Shown: piece by piece, positions 38,293 to 48,504 of the stretch
Numbering within the stretch: the first letter of the stretch is position 1
How the letters are laid out: each line of letters begins with the position of its first letter
NCBI GenBank assembly: GCA_040753615.1
Contig: JBFMDO010000014.1
Location: forward strand, 2,456-66,455
Direction: 5' to 3'
DNA length: 64,000 bases
Source: Nitrospirota bacterium
GTDB taxonomy: Bacteria; Nitrospirota; Thermodesulfovibrionia; Thermodesulfovibrionales; SM23-35
Notes under the pieces: generated by a model
What the model was told of the DNA's origin: nothing
The model's database searches: none
What the model saw: the letters and a program-made list of their open reading frames with translations, nothing else
Made by a program: the position numbers and the translations under genes

Positions 38293-39306
38293 TTAACTAT
38301 TTTTATTTAAAACGCCGGCTTCTCTCATAGCCCATATCTTCTTTGAAGTTTTGCCCTCAGCAGTATAAAGAGGGGACATCTCAGAATAAAAGCCGGGTTC
38401 AGAACAACCCATGCAAACTGCACCACAATCGAGACAGAAATTTATTCCGTCATTCCATCTGCGCACTGCGCAATCTGCATATGTCATGGGACCTTTACAG
38501 CCTTTTTCAAACAGACACCAGTCTTTTTGTTCAGGATTATTCCAATCTTTAAGGAATTTCCCCTCATTGAAATATGCACGACGCCTGCAGTTATCATGAA
38601 TTGTGTCCCTGAAGTACATAACAGGGCGTCCAATATTATCTAATTGAGGCACTTTTCCTGTTGTAAGGAAATAGAGAATAGTTCCTGCGAGATGATCTGG
38701 ATGTACTGGACATGTAGGAAGATTGATTATTGGCTTACTAATCCCTGCCTTCTTAAGGGCTTCGCCAACTCCTATGCCTTTGCTCGGAGTGCCTGCAGGG
38801 ATACCGCCAAATGCTGCACAGGCACCTGTTGCAATTATTGCTGCTGTGTTTTTAGATGCCTCCTCCACTATTTCCCTGAAGGGACGTCCCCCAACCAAGC
38901 AGAAGCGGTCATCTGCGGTTGGGATTGAACCTTCAACCACTAATACATATCCACCTTGTTTTACAGTATCGTGGTAAACTTTTTCAGCCTGATGTCCAGA
39001 GGCTGCCATGGCAGTTTCATGGTATCTAAGTGATATCTTGTCGAGAAGTATTGAAGAAGCAGGGGGGTTAAGTATCTGTGTGAATGAGATAGTGCATCCT
39101 GCACAATCCTGGCCTTCAAGCCATATTACAGGTGGTTTTTTTGAAGAAGTTTCTAATGCATGTGCAATTTTGGTTGTAAATTCTAATTCTGAAAGACCTA
39201 ATATAGCTGCTGTTGTAGCACAATACTTAAGAAAGTCTCTTCTACTTATCCCGTGGAAATTAAGCTCTTTCAAAAGCTGTTTGTTCAGGATTCCATCCTT
39301 TTTCAT
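38293..39306 (-). CDS. [NiFe] hydrogenase small subunit, Tat-exported
   Basis: Start ATG 39306 follows a GGAGGA SD. The twin-arginine signal is ISRRDFLKYCATTAAILGL. Fe-S cluster cysteines include CAGC, GACA and a C-rich C-terminus. Confidence 0.9.
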   Translation of the reverse strand: MKKDGILNKQLLKELNFHGISRRDFLKYCATTAAILGLSELEFTTKIAHALETSSKKPPVIWLEGQDCAGCTISFTQILNPPASSILLDKISLRYHETAMAASGHQAEKVYHDTVKQGGYVLVVEGSIPTADDRFCLVGGRPFREIVEEASKNTAAIIATGACAAFGGIPAGTPSKGIGVGEALKKAGISKPIINLPTCPVHPDHLAGTILYFLTTGKVPQLDNIGRPVMYFRDTIHDNCRRRAYFNEGKFLKDWNNPEQKDWCLFEKGCKGPMTYADCAVRRWNDGINFCLDCGAVCMGCSEPGFYSEMSPLYTAEGKTSKKIWAMREAGVLNKNS

Positions 39307-39366
39307 AATTTCCTCCATTTTTAATCTATAAAATTTCTTATGAAATATCGAAATCCTCCTTTCTAT

Positions 39367-39388
39367 CCAATATGTAACCAATATGTAA
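39367..39388. repeat. Perfect tandem 11-mer in the hydrogenase leader
   Basis: CCAATATGTAA occurs twice head to tail, between the candidate promoter and the small-subunit start. Confidence 0.7.
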
Positions 39389-39404
39389 TTTCATCTTAAT
39401 TATA

Positions 39405-39433
39405 TATTTAGCAAATAAATACCTGTTTGTCAA
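39405..39433 (-). promoter_or_regulatory. Candidate sigma-70 promoter of the hydrogenase operon
   Basis: The minus strand has TTGACA, a 17-nt spacer and TAAATA, within the 63-bp aroE-hydrogenase spacer. Confidence 0.4.
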
Positions 39434-39444
39434 GCAAAATTGTC

Positions 39445-40272
39445 TTATGTTTTTATTTTTTTTAATGCATTTTTCATCACCTTGATATCTGGTCTTATGC
39501 CTGTCCATAATTCGAATGCAAGAGTGCCCTGCCATAAGAGCATATCTATGCCATCCAGTATAAAACACCCCTTTTTTGCTGCCTCTTTAATGAGCCTCGT
39601 CTTTTTATAAATAAGATCACAAACAATCTGTTCTTTTTTAAGAAGAGATGTATCAAAAGGCAGGGAATCTTCTTTTTTAAGTCCCAATGGTGTGGCATTA
39701 ATTATTAGATGAAATCTCTCAAGACTTGAGATATCTTCTGTGAGTGATACATTATTACTTATCTTTTTTAAATCCTGAACAAGTCTTTCAGCCCTTTCTT
39801 TGGTTCTATTGTATATATTTAAAGTTTTTGCCTTCTGGCAGAGATAATAGCTTACTGCCCTTGCTGCACCACCTGCGCCTATTATCAGGATATCTTTATT
39901 TTCAAAGGGGATATGATTTTCTAAAAGAGATTGTATAAATCCTTTCCCATCTGTATTGTAGCCTATAAGTTTGCCATCTGAATTTACGATTGTATTAACC
40001 GCACCTATAAAAGATGCCTCCTCATGGATTTCATCAAGTAAAGGCATTACCTTTTCCTTATGAGGGATGGTGACGTTTACACCATGTAAATTCAATGCTT
40101 TTATTGCCTTTACAGCATCATTTAAATAATCAGGATGAACAAGAAAAGGGACATAACAATAATCCAGCCCCAGTGATTTAAAGGCAGCATTATGTATTAC
40201 AGATGACAATGTGTGCTCTACTGGATATCCAAAGATTCCTGTAATCTTTGTCCTGCCACTTATCTGTACCAA
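39445..40272 (-). CDS. aroE: Shikimate dehydrogenase
   Basis: Motifs GIFGYPVEHTLS, NVTIPHK, NTDG and GAGGAARA. TTG 40272 after GGAGA is preferred over the ATG 40296 of the ORF track. Confidence 0.85.
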   Translation of the reverse strand: MVQISGRTKITGIFGYPVEHTLSSVIHNAAFKSLGLDYCYVPFLVHPDYLNDAVKAIKALNLHGVNVTIPHKEKVMPLLDEIHEEASFIGAVNTIVNSDGKLIGYNTDGKGFIQSLLENHIPFENKDILIIGAGGAARAVSYYLCQKAKTLNIYNRTKERAERLVQDLKKISNNVSLTEDISSLERFHLIINATPLGLKKEDSLPFDTSLLKKEQIVCDLIYKKTRLIKEAAKKGCFILDGIDMLLWQGTLAFELWTGIRPDIKVMKNALKKIKT

Positions 40273-40394
40273 TTTGCATCTCCTTTTGCTGCACAAATTC
40301 TAAGGCGATAAGTGGTGGTATGTCAAGCTTTATTTAATTCGTTTTCTTGACAGGCTATTTATTCAAAATATAAAATTTAACATCGTTTAAACTT

Positions 40395-41285
40395 ATGAAT
40401 AAAATAATTTTAAAAACAAACTTTTCTGATATATCTCCTGTCAAACGTGGCAAGGTGAGAGATATATATAATCTCGGTGAACATCTCTTAATTGTTGCAA
40501 CTGACAGGATATCAGCCTTTGATGTTGTCCTGCCAGACGGTATCCCTGAAAAGGGTAAGGTGCTTACTCAGATATCCATATACTGGTTTGAACAGATGAG
40601 GGATATTATTCCGAATCATCTTATAAGTACACAACCAAAAGATTTTCCTGAGAAATTGCAAAAATATGCTGATATTCTTGAAGGAAGAAGCATGCTCGTA
40701 AAGAATGCACAACCTTTGCCAGTTGAATGCGTTGTAAGGGGGTATCTTTCAGGGAGCGGATGGAAGGAATATAAGAAGACAAGCTCTGTTTGTGGTATTA
40801 AACTACCCGAAGGGCTTTTAGAGTCCTCAAGACTTGATAAACCAATTTTTACTCCGAGCACCAAGGAAGAACATGGGCATGATATCAATATATCTTTCGA
40901 AGACGTTAGAAAAACTGTAGGTGAAAAACTTGCAAATAAACTCAGGGATATGAGTCTGAATATATATTTAAAGGCAAGAGACATAGCCGAAAAGAAAGGC
41001 ATTATTATAGCAGACACAAAATTCGAATTCGGCATTTACAATAACAAATTAATTCTAATAGATGAACTTCTTACGCCTGACTCGTCGCGTTTCTGGTCAA
41101 TAAAGGATTATACTCCCGGAAAAAGTCAGGATAGTTATGACAAACAGATTGTCAGGGACTATCTCCTAACCCTCGACTGGGACAAGACTTATCCCGGACC
41201 TTCTTTACCAGAAGATGTCATAGAAAAGACAGCGAGAAGATACAGTGAAATCTTCAAGATTATTACAGGTCGAGATTTACCTTAA
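40395..41285 (+). CDS. purC: Phosphoribosylaminoimidazole-succinocarboxamide synthase
   Basis: 296 aa with [16 protein letters not shown] and DTKFEFG motifs. Confidence 0.93.
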   Translation: MNKIILKTNFSDISPVKRGKVRDIYNLGEHLLIVATDRISAFDVVLPDGIPEKGKVLTQISIYWFEQMRDIIPNHLISTQPKDFPEKLQKYADILEGRSMLVKNAQPLPVECVVRGYLSGSGWKEYKKTSSVCGIKLPEGLLESSRLDKPIFTPSTKEEHGHDINISFEDVRKTVGEKLANKLRDMSLNIYLKARDIAEKKGIIIADTKFEFGIYNNKLILIDELLTPDSSRFWSIKDYTPGKSQDSYDKQIVRDYLLTLDWDKTYPGPSLPEDVIEKTARRYSEIFKIITGRDLP

Positions 41286-41389
41286 ACCGAAGTTATTAGC
41301 CCATATTATTCATGAGTTTCTACGCTCAAATACTCTATCCCCTATTACTATCTCTAATTTTACGAATAAAGGGGGATAGCTGTCTCTCG

Positions 41390-43966
41390 TTATATGCTGA
41401 TCTTCTTTTTTAGCTCTATTAATTTATTGAGTGCGTCTTCTGGCGAAAGTTGATCCAGATCTATATTTTTGATTTCCGAGATAACAGAGTCTGTTATTGA
41501 AGAGAATAGGTCAAGCTGAGCTATGCCCTTTTTCATCTTTCTGTCTGCAAATCTTGGCTTCCCCGCCTCATTCAATTCCTCTTTTTCGAGATTTGCAAGC
41601 ACCTCTTTTGCCCTGTTTATAACTTCATCAGGAATTCCTGCTAATCTTGCTACCTGTATGCCATAACTCTTGTCAGCAGGACCTTTTTCAATCTTTCTCA
41701 GGAAGATGATCTCATCACCCCATTCTTTTACTGCGATATTGTAATTTTTTACAACGTCATGCGTAAGACTGAGTTCTGTTAGTTCATTGTAGTGTGTTGC
41801 AAATAGTGTTCTTGCCTTAATCTCATTCAATATATGTTCTGCAACAGCCCACGCAATACTTATACCATCAAATGTACTTGTTCCCCTTCCCACCTCATCG
41901 AGAATAATAAGGCTCTTTTCAGTTGCACTATAAATTATATTTGAAACCTCTATCATTTCTACCATGAAGGTGCTCTGGCCTTTTGTAAGGAAATCGGATG
42001 CGCCTATTCTTGTAAATATCCTGTCGGCAATTCCTATCCTCGCATATGAAGCAGGGACAAAACTTCCGATCTGTGCCAAGATTGCTATAAGTGCTGTTTG
42101 CCGCATAAAAGTTGATTTTCCAGCCATATTAGGGCCTGTAATTATAAGCAGACGATCATCCTCATTGTTCATATAAACACTGTTTGGTATAAATCTTTCA
42201 TCAGTTGGTATCCTTTCAAGAACAGGATGACGTCCATCTGTTATTTCTATAACATTGCTTTCGTCCACTAATGGCTTAACATAGTTATACCTTTTTGCAA
42301 CAACAGCAAGTGCTGTAAGAAGATCAACAATCGAGATTGCAGAAGCTGTTTTTGAAAGGGAAGGAGATACTTTCTGAAGATCGTCAAGCATCTCCTGAAA
42401 GAGGTCATATTCAAGATTCTTAAGCCTTTCTTCTGCTCCGAGAATCTTGTTTTCAAATTCTTTAAGCTCCTGTGTTATAAAGCGTTCTCCTCCAACGAGC
42501 GTCTGTTTTCTTATATAATCATCAGGGACCATGTAGAGATTAGGTTTTGTAACTTCAATATAGTATCCAAAAATGCGGTTAAATCCTACCTTTAAAGACG
42601 ATATACCCGTCCTTTGCCTCTCTTTATATTCAAGTTCTGTAATAAAGTCTTTTCCCTTTGTGGATATTTTTCTGAGGTCGTCTATGTCAGTATTATATCC
42701 ATTTTTAAAAATGCCCCCATCTCTAAGGCTTAAAGGAGGGTCGTCATTGATGCTTTTATCCAATAATATTTTTATGTCTGAAGATTCTGATATATCATCC
42801 GCAATTGAGTTTAAATAAAAATTTTTAGAGGACTTAAGAGATTTTTTAATCTTTGGAAGATATGTTATAGAATTTTTGATTGCTATAATGTCCCTTGCAT
42901 TTGCAGTCCGTGAACTTATTTTTGCTGAGAGTCTCTCGATGTCCTGTATTTTCCTTAGAGATGTTCTTAGTACTTCAAGAAGTTCATAGTTTTCCACAAG
43001 GTATTCAACAGCATCATGGCGTTTTCTTATTTCATTTATATCAATAAGGGGTTTAAGAATGGATGACCGTAAAAACCTACCGCCCATTGGAGTCAATGTC
43101 TCATCAAGAACCCATAGAAGTGTGCCCTGCTGTGAGCCGTCCCTGATATTATGTGTAAGCTCAAGATTGCGCTGGGTTGAAGCATCGAGAAACATATAAT
43201 AATCCTCTCTGATTGTCCTTATCTGTTTAAGGCTGAATGTCTCTTTCTGCGTTTCTTCAAGATAATTTATAAGGGCGCCTCCAGCAGATATAGCAGCAGC
43301 CATCTCATTACAACCATAGCCTTCAAGTGATGATACCTTTAGATGCCTCAGCAGGATTTTATATGCCTCTGAATAATCAAAGAACCAGTCTTCGTATTTA
43401 GTTATAAAAAAATTATTGAGTGTTTCTTTGAAATGGATATTTTCTCCTAAGCTCTTTGGAATTAATATTTCTTTTGGTTCGAACCTGTACATCTCATCTT
43501 CAATATTTTTAGTTGTCTCATATAAGATGAAATCTCCTGTAGAGACATCTGCTACTGCAATCCCATGTTTATTTTTAGAGGGGAGTATACTTATGATATA
43601 AGAATTTGCTTTTGGGTCCTCGGGTGTATGGGTTCCGGGTGTGATTACTTTTACCACATCCCTTTGTACAATACCCTTTGCCTCCTTTGGATCTTCCAAC
43701 TGTTCACATATCGCCACCTTGTATCCTGCCTTGATAAGCTTTGATATATAGGTCTCTGATGCAAAATAAGGAATGCCACACATGGGGATGGGTTCATCTT
43801 TTGATTTGTCCCTCGATGTAAGTGCTATCTGGAGGATCTTTGATGCCTTCTCAGCATCCACTCCGAACATCTCATAAAAATCACCGAGCCTGAAAAATAC
43901 AATAGCATCACTGTATCTTTCTTTGATATCGAAATATTGTTTCATTAAGGGGGTCAATTCTGGCAT
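41390..43966 (-). CDS. mutS: DNA mismatch repair protein MutS
   Basis: 858 aa with TPLMKQY, FYEMF, GPNMAGKSTFMRQ, DEVGRGTST and HYNELT. Confidence 0.95.
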   Translation of the reverse strand: MPELTPLMKQYFDIKERYSDAIVFFRLGDFYEMFGVDAEKASKILQIALTSRDKSKDEPIPMCGIPYFASETYISKLIKAGYKVAICEQLEDPKEAKGIVQRDVVKVITPGTHTPEDPKANSYIISILPSKNKHGIAVADVSTGDFILYETTKNIEDEMYRFEPKEILIPKSLGENIHFKETLNNFFITKYEDWFFDYSEAYKILLRHLKVSSLEGYGCNEMAAAISAGGALINYLEETQKETFSLKQIRTIREDYYMFLDASTQRNLELTHNIRDGSQQGTLLWVLDETLTPMGGRFLRSSILKPLIDINEIRKRHDAVEYLVENYELLEVLRTSLRKIQDIERLSAKISSRTANARDIIAIKNSITYLPKIKKSLKSSKNFYLNSIADDISESSDIKILLDKSINDDPPLSLRDGGIFKNGYNTDIDDLRKISTKGKDFITELEYKERQRTGISSLKVGFNRIFGYYIEVTKPNLYMVPDDYIRKQTLVGGERFITQELKEFENKILGAEERLKNLEYDLFQEMLDDLQKVSPSLSKTASAISIVDLLTALAVVAKRYNYVKPLVDESNVIEITDGRHPVLERIPTDERFIPNSVYMNNEDDRLLIITGPNMAGKSTFMRQTALIAILAQIGSFVPASYARIGIADRIFTRIGASDFLTKGQSTFMVEMIEVSNIIYSATEKSLIILDEVGRGTSTFDGISIAWAVAEHILNEIKARTLFATHYNELTELSLTHDVVKNYNIAVKEWGDEIIFLRKIEKGPADKSYGIQVARLAGIPDEVINRAKEVLANLEKEELNEAGKPRFADRKMKKGIAQLDLFSSITDSVISEIKNIDLDQLSPEDALNKLIELKKKISI

Positions 43967-44104
43967 ACCAAATTATTAAATAATATCATACAATGAAAGT
44001 GCAATATGTAAAAAAAGGATTAATAATATTAGGGAAAAACGTTCTCTGACTGAAATTATCAATGCCTTTAATAAATTATTTTATTTATAATATTATACCT
44101 TTTT

Positions 44105-44311
44105 ATGAATAAAACTGAAGCAGAAATCAGGGAGATACTGGAGAACCTGAAGTATATTCTGGATATTCATGAGGGTTTTGCTGAACTGATAGAAGTGAAG
44201 GATAAAAAAGCAGTCATATATTGTGGCGGACAATGTGCACGCTGTGATAATAAATGTATTGAACAGGCAATTAAGGAAAAATTGCCTGATATTGAGGTAA
44301 TTATAAGATAA
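44105..44311 (+). CDS. NifU-like C-terminal domain protein
   Basis: 68 aa with an NfuA/NifU C-terminal pattern: HEGFAELIEV...GGQCARCDNKC (CxxC). Confidence 0.65.
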   Translation: MNKTEAEIREILENLKYILDIHEGFAELIEVKDKKAVIYCGGQCARCDNKCIEQAIKEKLPDIEVIIR

Positions 44312-44323
44312 AAAGGAGGAGAA

Positions 44324-44893
44324 ATGAACCCTGTTTTAAAGGCTATTGCAGAGAGAAGGGCTGTAAGGAATTATGAGCCTAAATCCATTCCAAAAGATAT
44401 TATAGAAAAAATTATAGGGGCAGGTAATCAGGCGCCATCTGCGATGAATAGTCAGCCATGGCGTTTTGTTGTTGTGAAGGACAAAGAATTTCATAAAAAG
44501 CTGACAGAAACTGCTATCCCTAACAGCAAAAAAAGACTCGAATCTTTAAAGCATGTTAATCCTGAAAGATATCAGACTATTATGAAACGATATGATGAAC
44601 TTGAAGACCCGATTTACTATTCGGCCCCTGTAATCATATTTGTAATCGGATATGGAGAATTTGCAGATCTATCCTGTCCCTTAGCCTGTCAGAATATGAT
44701 GCTATCTGCTTATTCTTTAGGACTTGGAAGTTGCTGGGTATTTTTCGGTTCTCTCGTAATAGACAATGAGGAGATAAACAAAGAGCTTGGATTAACCGAA
44801 AACGAGAAGATATACGGACCAATAATTATCGGCTATCCAAAACAATTTCCCGAACCTCCGCCTAAAAAAGAGCCTCGCATAAAATGGATATAG
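44324..44893 (+). CDS. Nitroreductase family protein
   Basis: 189 aa with RRAVRNY, APSAMNSQPWRF and LGLGSCW motifs. Confidence 0.8.
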   Translation: MNPVLKAIAERRAVRNYEPKSIPKDIIEKIIGAGNQAPSAMNSQPWRFVVVKDKEFHKKLTETAIPNSKKRLESLKHVNPERYQTIMKRYDELEDPIYYSAPVIIFVIGYGEFADLSCPLACQNMMLSAYSLGLGSCWVFFGSLVIDNEEINKELGLTENEKIYGPIIIGYPKQFPEPPPKKEPRIKWI

Positions 44894-44962
44894 AAAAAAT
44901 AAGGGGATTTGGGTTAACTTCTTGCCCAACTCCCCTTGTAGGTATAAACGAAGGTTACTTCA

Positions 44963-45682
44963 CTATCCCCAGATTTCGACTTTCCCACTGCCTAAATAAT
45001 AGTAGCCTCCTACGATCTTTAGCTCACCTTTCTTCTGCATATCACCGAGCGCCTTACTCTCTTTGGCAATCTGTTTTACAACCATGCGTACATTCTCTTT
45101 GGAAGAAGCTTCTACAAGTTCCTTGCCTTTTGCCCCTGTCTCTTTAGCCTTCAATACAGCGGGTTTAAGCCGATTCATTATATCTTCAATACATGGTGTT
45201 TCTTTCATATGCGGATATTCCAGAACCTTTACAGTAGCAGCCACTGCACCGCAGGATTCATGTCCTAAAACAAGGATCAGCCTACTTGTAGAATGTAAAG
45301 AAATATATTCCATGCTGCCTAACAAAGCCGGATTTATAACATTGCCTGCTACACGTACGACGAATAAACGGCCTAGACCTTCGTCAAATATCAATTCAGG
45401 CGGCACACGTGAATCAGCACAACATAGGATGGTGGCATAAGGCCACTGTCCCATGGTAAGTGTCTGACGGATTTCTGGTCCAACGCCGGGGTCGGATTTC
45501 CTTTTCATCGAGATAAAACGTTCGTTTCCTTCCTTCAGAAGCTTAATAGCCTCATCCGGGGAAACAAGTTTTTTAGATTCGCCATGGCCCCCTGCCCAGG
45601 CAAGCATATCTTTTACCTGAGAAGTTGCCAGAGCAACTGCCATAACACCAAAACCCTTCAATAATTCACGACGAGAAAGCAT
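44963..45682 (-). CDS. Beta-class carbonic anhydrase with Tat signal
   Basis: 239 aa. The twin-arginine signal is MLSRRELLKGFG. The zinc ligand motifs are CADSRV and GHESCGAV. Confidence 0.85.
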   Translation of the reverse strand: MLSRRELLKGFGVMAVALATSQVKDMLAWAGGHGESKKLVSPDEAIKLLKEGNERFISMKRKSDPGVGPEIRQTLTMGQWPYATILCCADSRVPPELIFDEGLGRLFVVRVAGNVINPALLGSMEYISLHSTSRLILVLGHESCGAVAATVKVLEYPHMKETPCIEDIMNRLKPAVLKAKETGAKGKELVEASSKENVRMVVKQIAKESKALGDMQKKGELKIVGGYYYLGSGKVEIWG

Positions 45683-45756
45683 GGCTCTATCCTCCTTTAT
45701 AATATAGAAATTTAGGGATGGTAATATAAAGAATATTTATATGTCAACAGAAATCG

Positions 45757-45975
45757 TTAACCCCAAAAATGCATTTGACAGGGATATGGATGACTGAAAA
45801 GTCTTTTGCAGCAACACCTTTTACATGCCATGATGAAATTCTTGATGTGCATAAAATTATGCAAGAAACCTTTGAGAATTGCATTATGGCATATGATAAA
45901 ATTTTGTTGAAATCTAAAGACTTTGAAGGCGTTCATGTCCCTGTCTATCAAAATCAATTGCATTTTTGGGGTTAA
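45757..45975. mobile_element. MITE-like 219-bp element with ~40-bp imperfect terminal inverted repeats
   Basis: The left end is TTAACCCCAAAAATGCATTTGACAGGGAT. The reverse complement of the right end is TTAACCCCAAAAATGCAATTGATTTTGATAGACAGGGAC. The outermost 17 bp match perfectly and TTAA sits at both ends. It has no coding capacity and lies directly after the rarA stop. Confidence 0.55.
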
Positions 45976-45977
45976 GT

Positions 45978-47210
45978 TTAAGGGGTATAATATTTCTTTT
46001 TCTTTTTCAGATAATCCTGTTCAACATATCCACCGTAATCATGCGGATATTTATATCCTTTTCCATGTCCTAATTTTTCAGCTCCTGGATAATGGCTGTC
46101 TTTTAAATGATCTGGGACTTCTATTGTTTCTTCAGTAGAAATATCTTTTAGCGCTGACTCAATAGCCGTATAGCAGGCATTACTTTTTGGCGCCTTTGCA
46201 ATATAAATAGTTGCCTGTGCAAGAGGTATCCTTGCCTCTGGCATGCCTATGAACTCTACTGCCCTCAATGCAGATGTAGCAACAACCAGAGCCATTGGGT
46301 CTGCATTCCCAACATCTTCTGAGGCGCATATAACAATGCGCCTTGCAATAAATCTTGGGTCTTCACCTGCATAAAGCATCTTTGCAAGATAATAGGTGGC
46401 AGCATCAGGGTCTGAGCCTCGCATGCTTTTTATGAATGCAGAGATTGTATCATAATGCTGGTCGCCTTGTTTATCATAGACAATGACCTTTTTCTGTATG
46501 GATTCCTCTGCTACCTGAAGAGGTATTCTTATGTCGCCTTCTTTATCAGGAGGGGTTGTAAGGACTGCTAACTCTATGGCTGAAAGCGCCTTTCTTGCAT
46601 CTCCATCAGACATCTTAGCGATGTGTTTCAATGAATCTTCATCTGCAACTATGTTTAAATTTCCGAGTCCTCGTTCTTTATCCTGGAGTGCGTTATTTAA
46701 CACTTTTAGAATATCTTCTTTTAAGAGAGGTTTTAATTCAAATACTTGACTCCTTGAAAGCAGGGCAGAGTTTACATAAAAAAATGGATTTTCAACAGTT
46801 GCAGCTATAAGTATGATATTCCCTTCCTCAACATCAGGCAGGAGCGCATCTTGCTGAAGTTTATTAAACCTGTGGATTTCATCGAGGAATACGATGGTGT
46901 TTATCCCCTTAGCCTTTCTTGCCCTCGCATCCCTTATAACCTTTCTGATTTCATCGAGTCCAATTGTAGCTGCATTGAGCCATTCAAAGTGCGCCTTTGT
47001 TTTTTCAGCAATTATCCTTGCAAGAGCTGTTTTGCCTGTTCCTGGCGGTCCGTATAGAATAAGCGAAGTGATTTTATCTGCTTCAATGGCTCTTCTCAGG
47101 AGTTTTCCATGACCGAGAATATGCTGCTGACCTACATATTCATCGAGGGTTCTTGGACACATCCGGTAGGCAAGAGGCGGGGCAGGAGATCCTTCTTTAA
47201 AGAGATTCAT
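45978..47210 (-). CDS. rarA: Replication-associated recombination protein A (RarA/MgsA)
   Basis: 410 aa with RPRTLDEYVGQ, GPPGTGKTALA, FLDEIHRFNK and a MgsA C-terminal domain. Confidence 0.92.
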   Translation of the reverse strand: MNLFKEGSPAPPLAYRMCPRTLDEYVGQQHILGHGKLLRRAIEADKITSLILYGPPGTGKTALARIIAEKTKAHFEWLNAATIGLDEIRKVIRDARARKAKGINTIVFLDEIHRFNKLQQDALLPDVEEGNIILIAATVENPFFYVNSALLSRSQVFELKPLLKEDILKVLNNALQDKERGLGNLNIVADEDSLKHIAKMSDGDARKALSAIELAVLTTPPDKEGDIRIPLQVAEESIQKKVIVYDKQGDQHYDTISAFIKSMRGSDPDAATYYLAKMLYAGEDPRFIARRIVICASEDVGNADPMALVVATSALRAVEFIGMPEARIPLAQATIYIAKAPKSNACYTAIESALKDISTEETIEVPDHLKDSHYPGAEKLGHGKGYKYPHDYGGYVEQDYLKKKKKYYTP

Positions 47211-47330
47211 AAGTTATATTTGCTCATGCAGAAAGAATTTTTCAAGTTTAAGATCAGTTTTGTTAAAATAGTGAAGCTTTTTTCAGAAAGCTGGAACATT
47301 TATATCAGTAAATAAAGGAAAGGATGGGCT

Positions 47331-48485
47331 ATGTTTCATACTGCAGATATTAAAGATATTATTGATGGCAAGATTACAGATGTATATTTTGAAAGGACAT
47401 TAAAGATACTGAAAGCTAAAGGAGTTAACCCTATTGTAAGGGCAGAATTTATTGCAAAAAACCTTCCTGAAAACTGGCAATGGGCGATATTCGCAGGTCT
47501 TGAAGAGGCAATGTATTTGATGAAACACTTGCCGATCAAGGTCAGGGCAATGAAAGAAGGCACTGTTTTTTATCCCTATGAACCAGTTATGGAAATAGAA
47601 GGGAGATATCAGGATTTCTGTGTATATGAGACCGCAATATTAGGTCTGATATGTCAGGCATCAGGAATTGCAACAAAGGCTGCAAGGTTTAAAAAACTCG
47701 CTGGAGAAAAAATTGTCATAAGTTTTGGTGCGCGCAGGATGCATCCGATACTTGCACCAATGATAGAAAGGAACGCATATATCGGCGGATGCGATGGCGT
47801 TGCTGTTACAAAATCAGGCGAGTTAATAGGCAAAGACCCTATGGGTACTATGCCCCATGCATTAATCTTATGCTTTGGTTCAACAGTAGAGGCATTAAAG
47901 GCATATGATGAAGTTTTAGAGCCTAAATTTAAAAGGGTTGCCCTTATAGATACATTTCTTGATGAGAAGTTTGAGGTGCTGAATGTTTCTAATGCAATTG
48001 GCAGAAAGCTTTTTGCTGTAAGATTCGACACACCTTCATCGAGGAGAGGGAACTTTTATCGGCTACTCGAAGAATGTAGATGGGAATTGAATCTCAGAGG
48101 GTATAAATATGTAAAATTTTATGTTAGCGGCGGCATAAAAGAAGAGGATATACCTGTTTTAAATTCTGTAGTAGATGGCTATGGAATTGGCACTTCGATA
48201 AGCAATGCATCTGTTGTTGACTATTCAATGGATATCGTGGATGTTGAAAGAATGCCATTGGCTAAAAGAGGAAAATGGTCAGGAAGCAAAAGGGTTCTGA
48301 GATGTCCTAAATGTGGCGCAAGAAAGATTGTGCCAAATAAAAAAGATAAACATGTCTGCTTATGCGGAAAGAAACTTGAAGATATACTCATACCTGTCCT
48401 TGATAACGGGAAGCAGCTTATCAAGATAGAATCCCCATCAAAACTCAGGCAATTTGTTCTTAAGAATGTAAGAGATATTAATTAA
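47331..48485 (+). CDS. Nicotinate phosphoribosyltransferase family protein with C-terminal zinc ribbon
   Basis: 384 aa with an NAPRTase-family core (GTMPHALI, FGARRMHP) and the C-terminal CPKCG...CLCG. Confidence 0.75.
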   Translation: MFHTADIKDIIDGKITDVYFERTLKILKAKGVNPIVRAEFIAKNLPENWQWAIFAGLEEAMYLMKHLPIKVRAMKEGTVFYPYEPVMEIEGRYQDFCVYETAILGLICQASGIATKAARFKKLAGEKIVISFGARRMHPILAPMIERNAYIGGCDGVAVTKSGELIGKDPMGTMPHALILCFGSTVEALKAYDEVLEPKFKRVALIDTFLDEKFEVLNVSNAIGRKLFAVRFDTPSSRRGNFYRLLEECRWELNLRGYKYVKFYVSGGIKEEDIPVLNSVVDGYGIGTSISNASVVDYSMDIVDVERMPLAKRGKWSGSKRVLRCPKCGARKIVPNKKDKHVCLCGKKLEDILIPVLDNGKQLIKIESPSKLRQFVLKNVRDIN

Positions 48486-48504
48486 AAGTGAAAAGGATGG
48501 ATTA

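Noticed and set aside
39338-39568. A 76-aa ORF (-) spanning the aroE 3' end and the hydrogenase leader.
   Set aside because: It overlaps the aroE coding sequence out of frame and also the promoter/leader region. It has no SD or motif.
45757-45975. Mirror-image 68-aa ORFs 45757..45963 (-) and 45769..45975 (+), both ending in HFWG.
   Set aside because: The identical length and C-termini are a direct consequence of the terminal inverted repeats of a non-coding MITE-like element.
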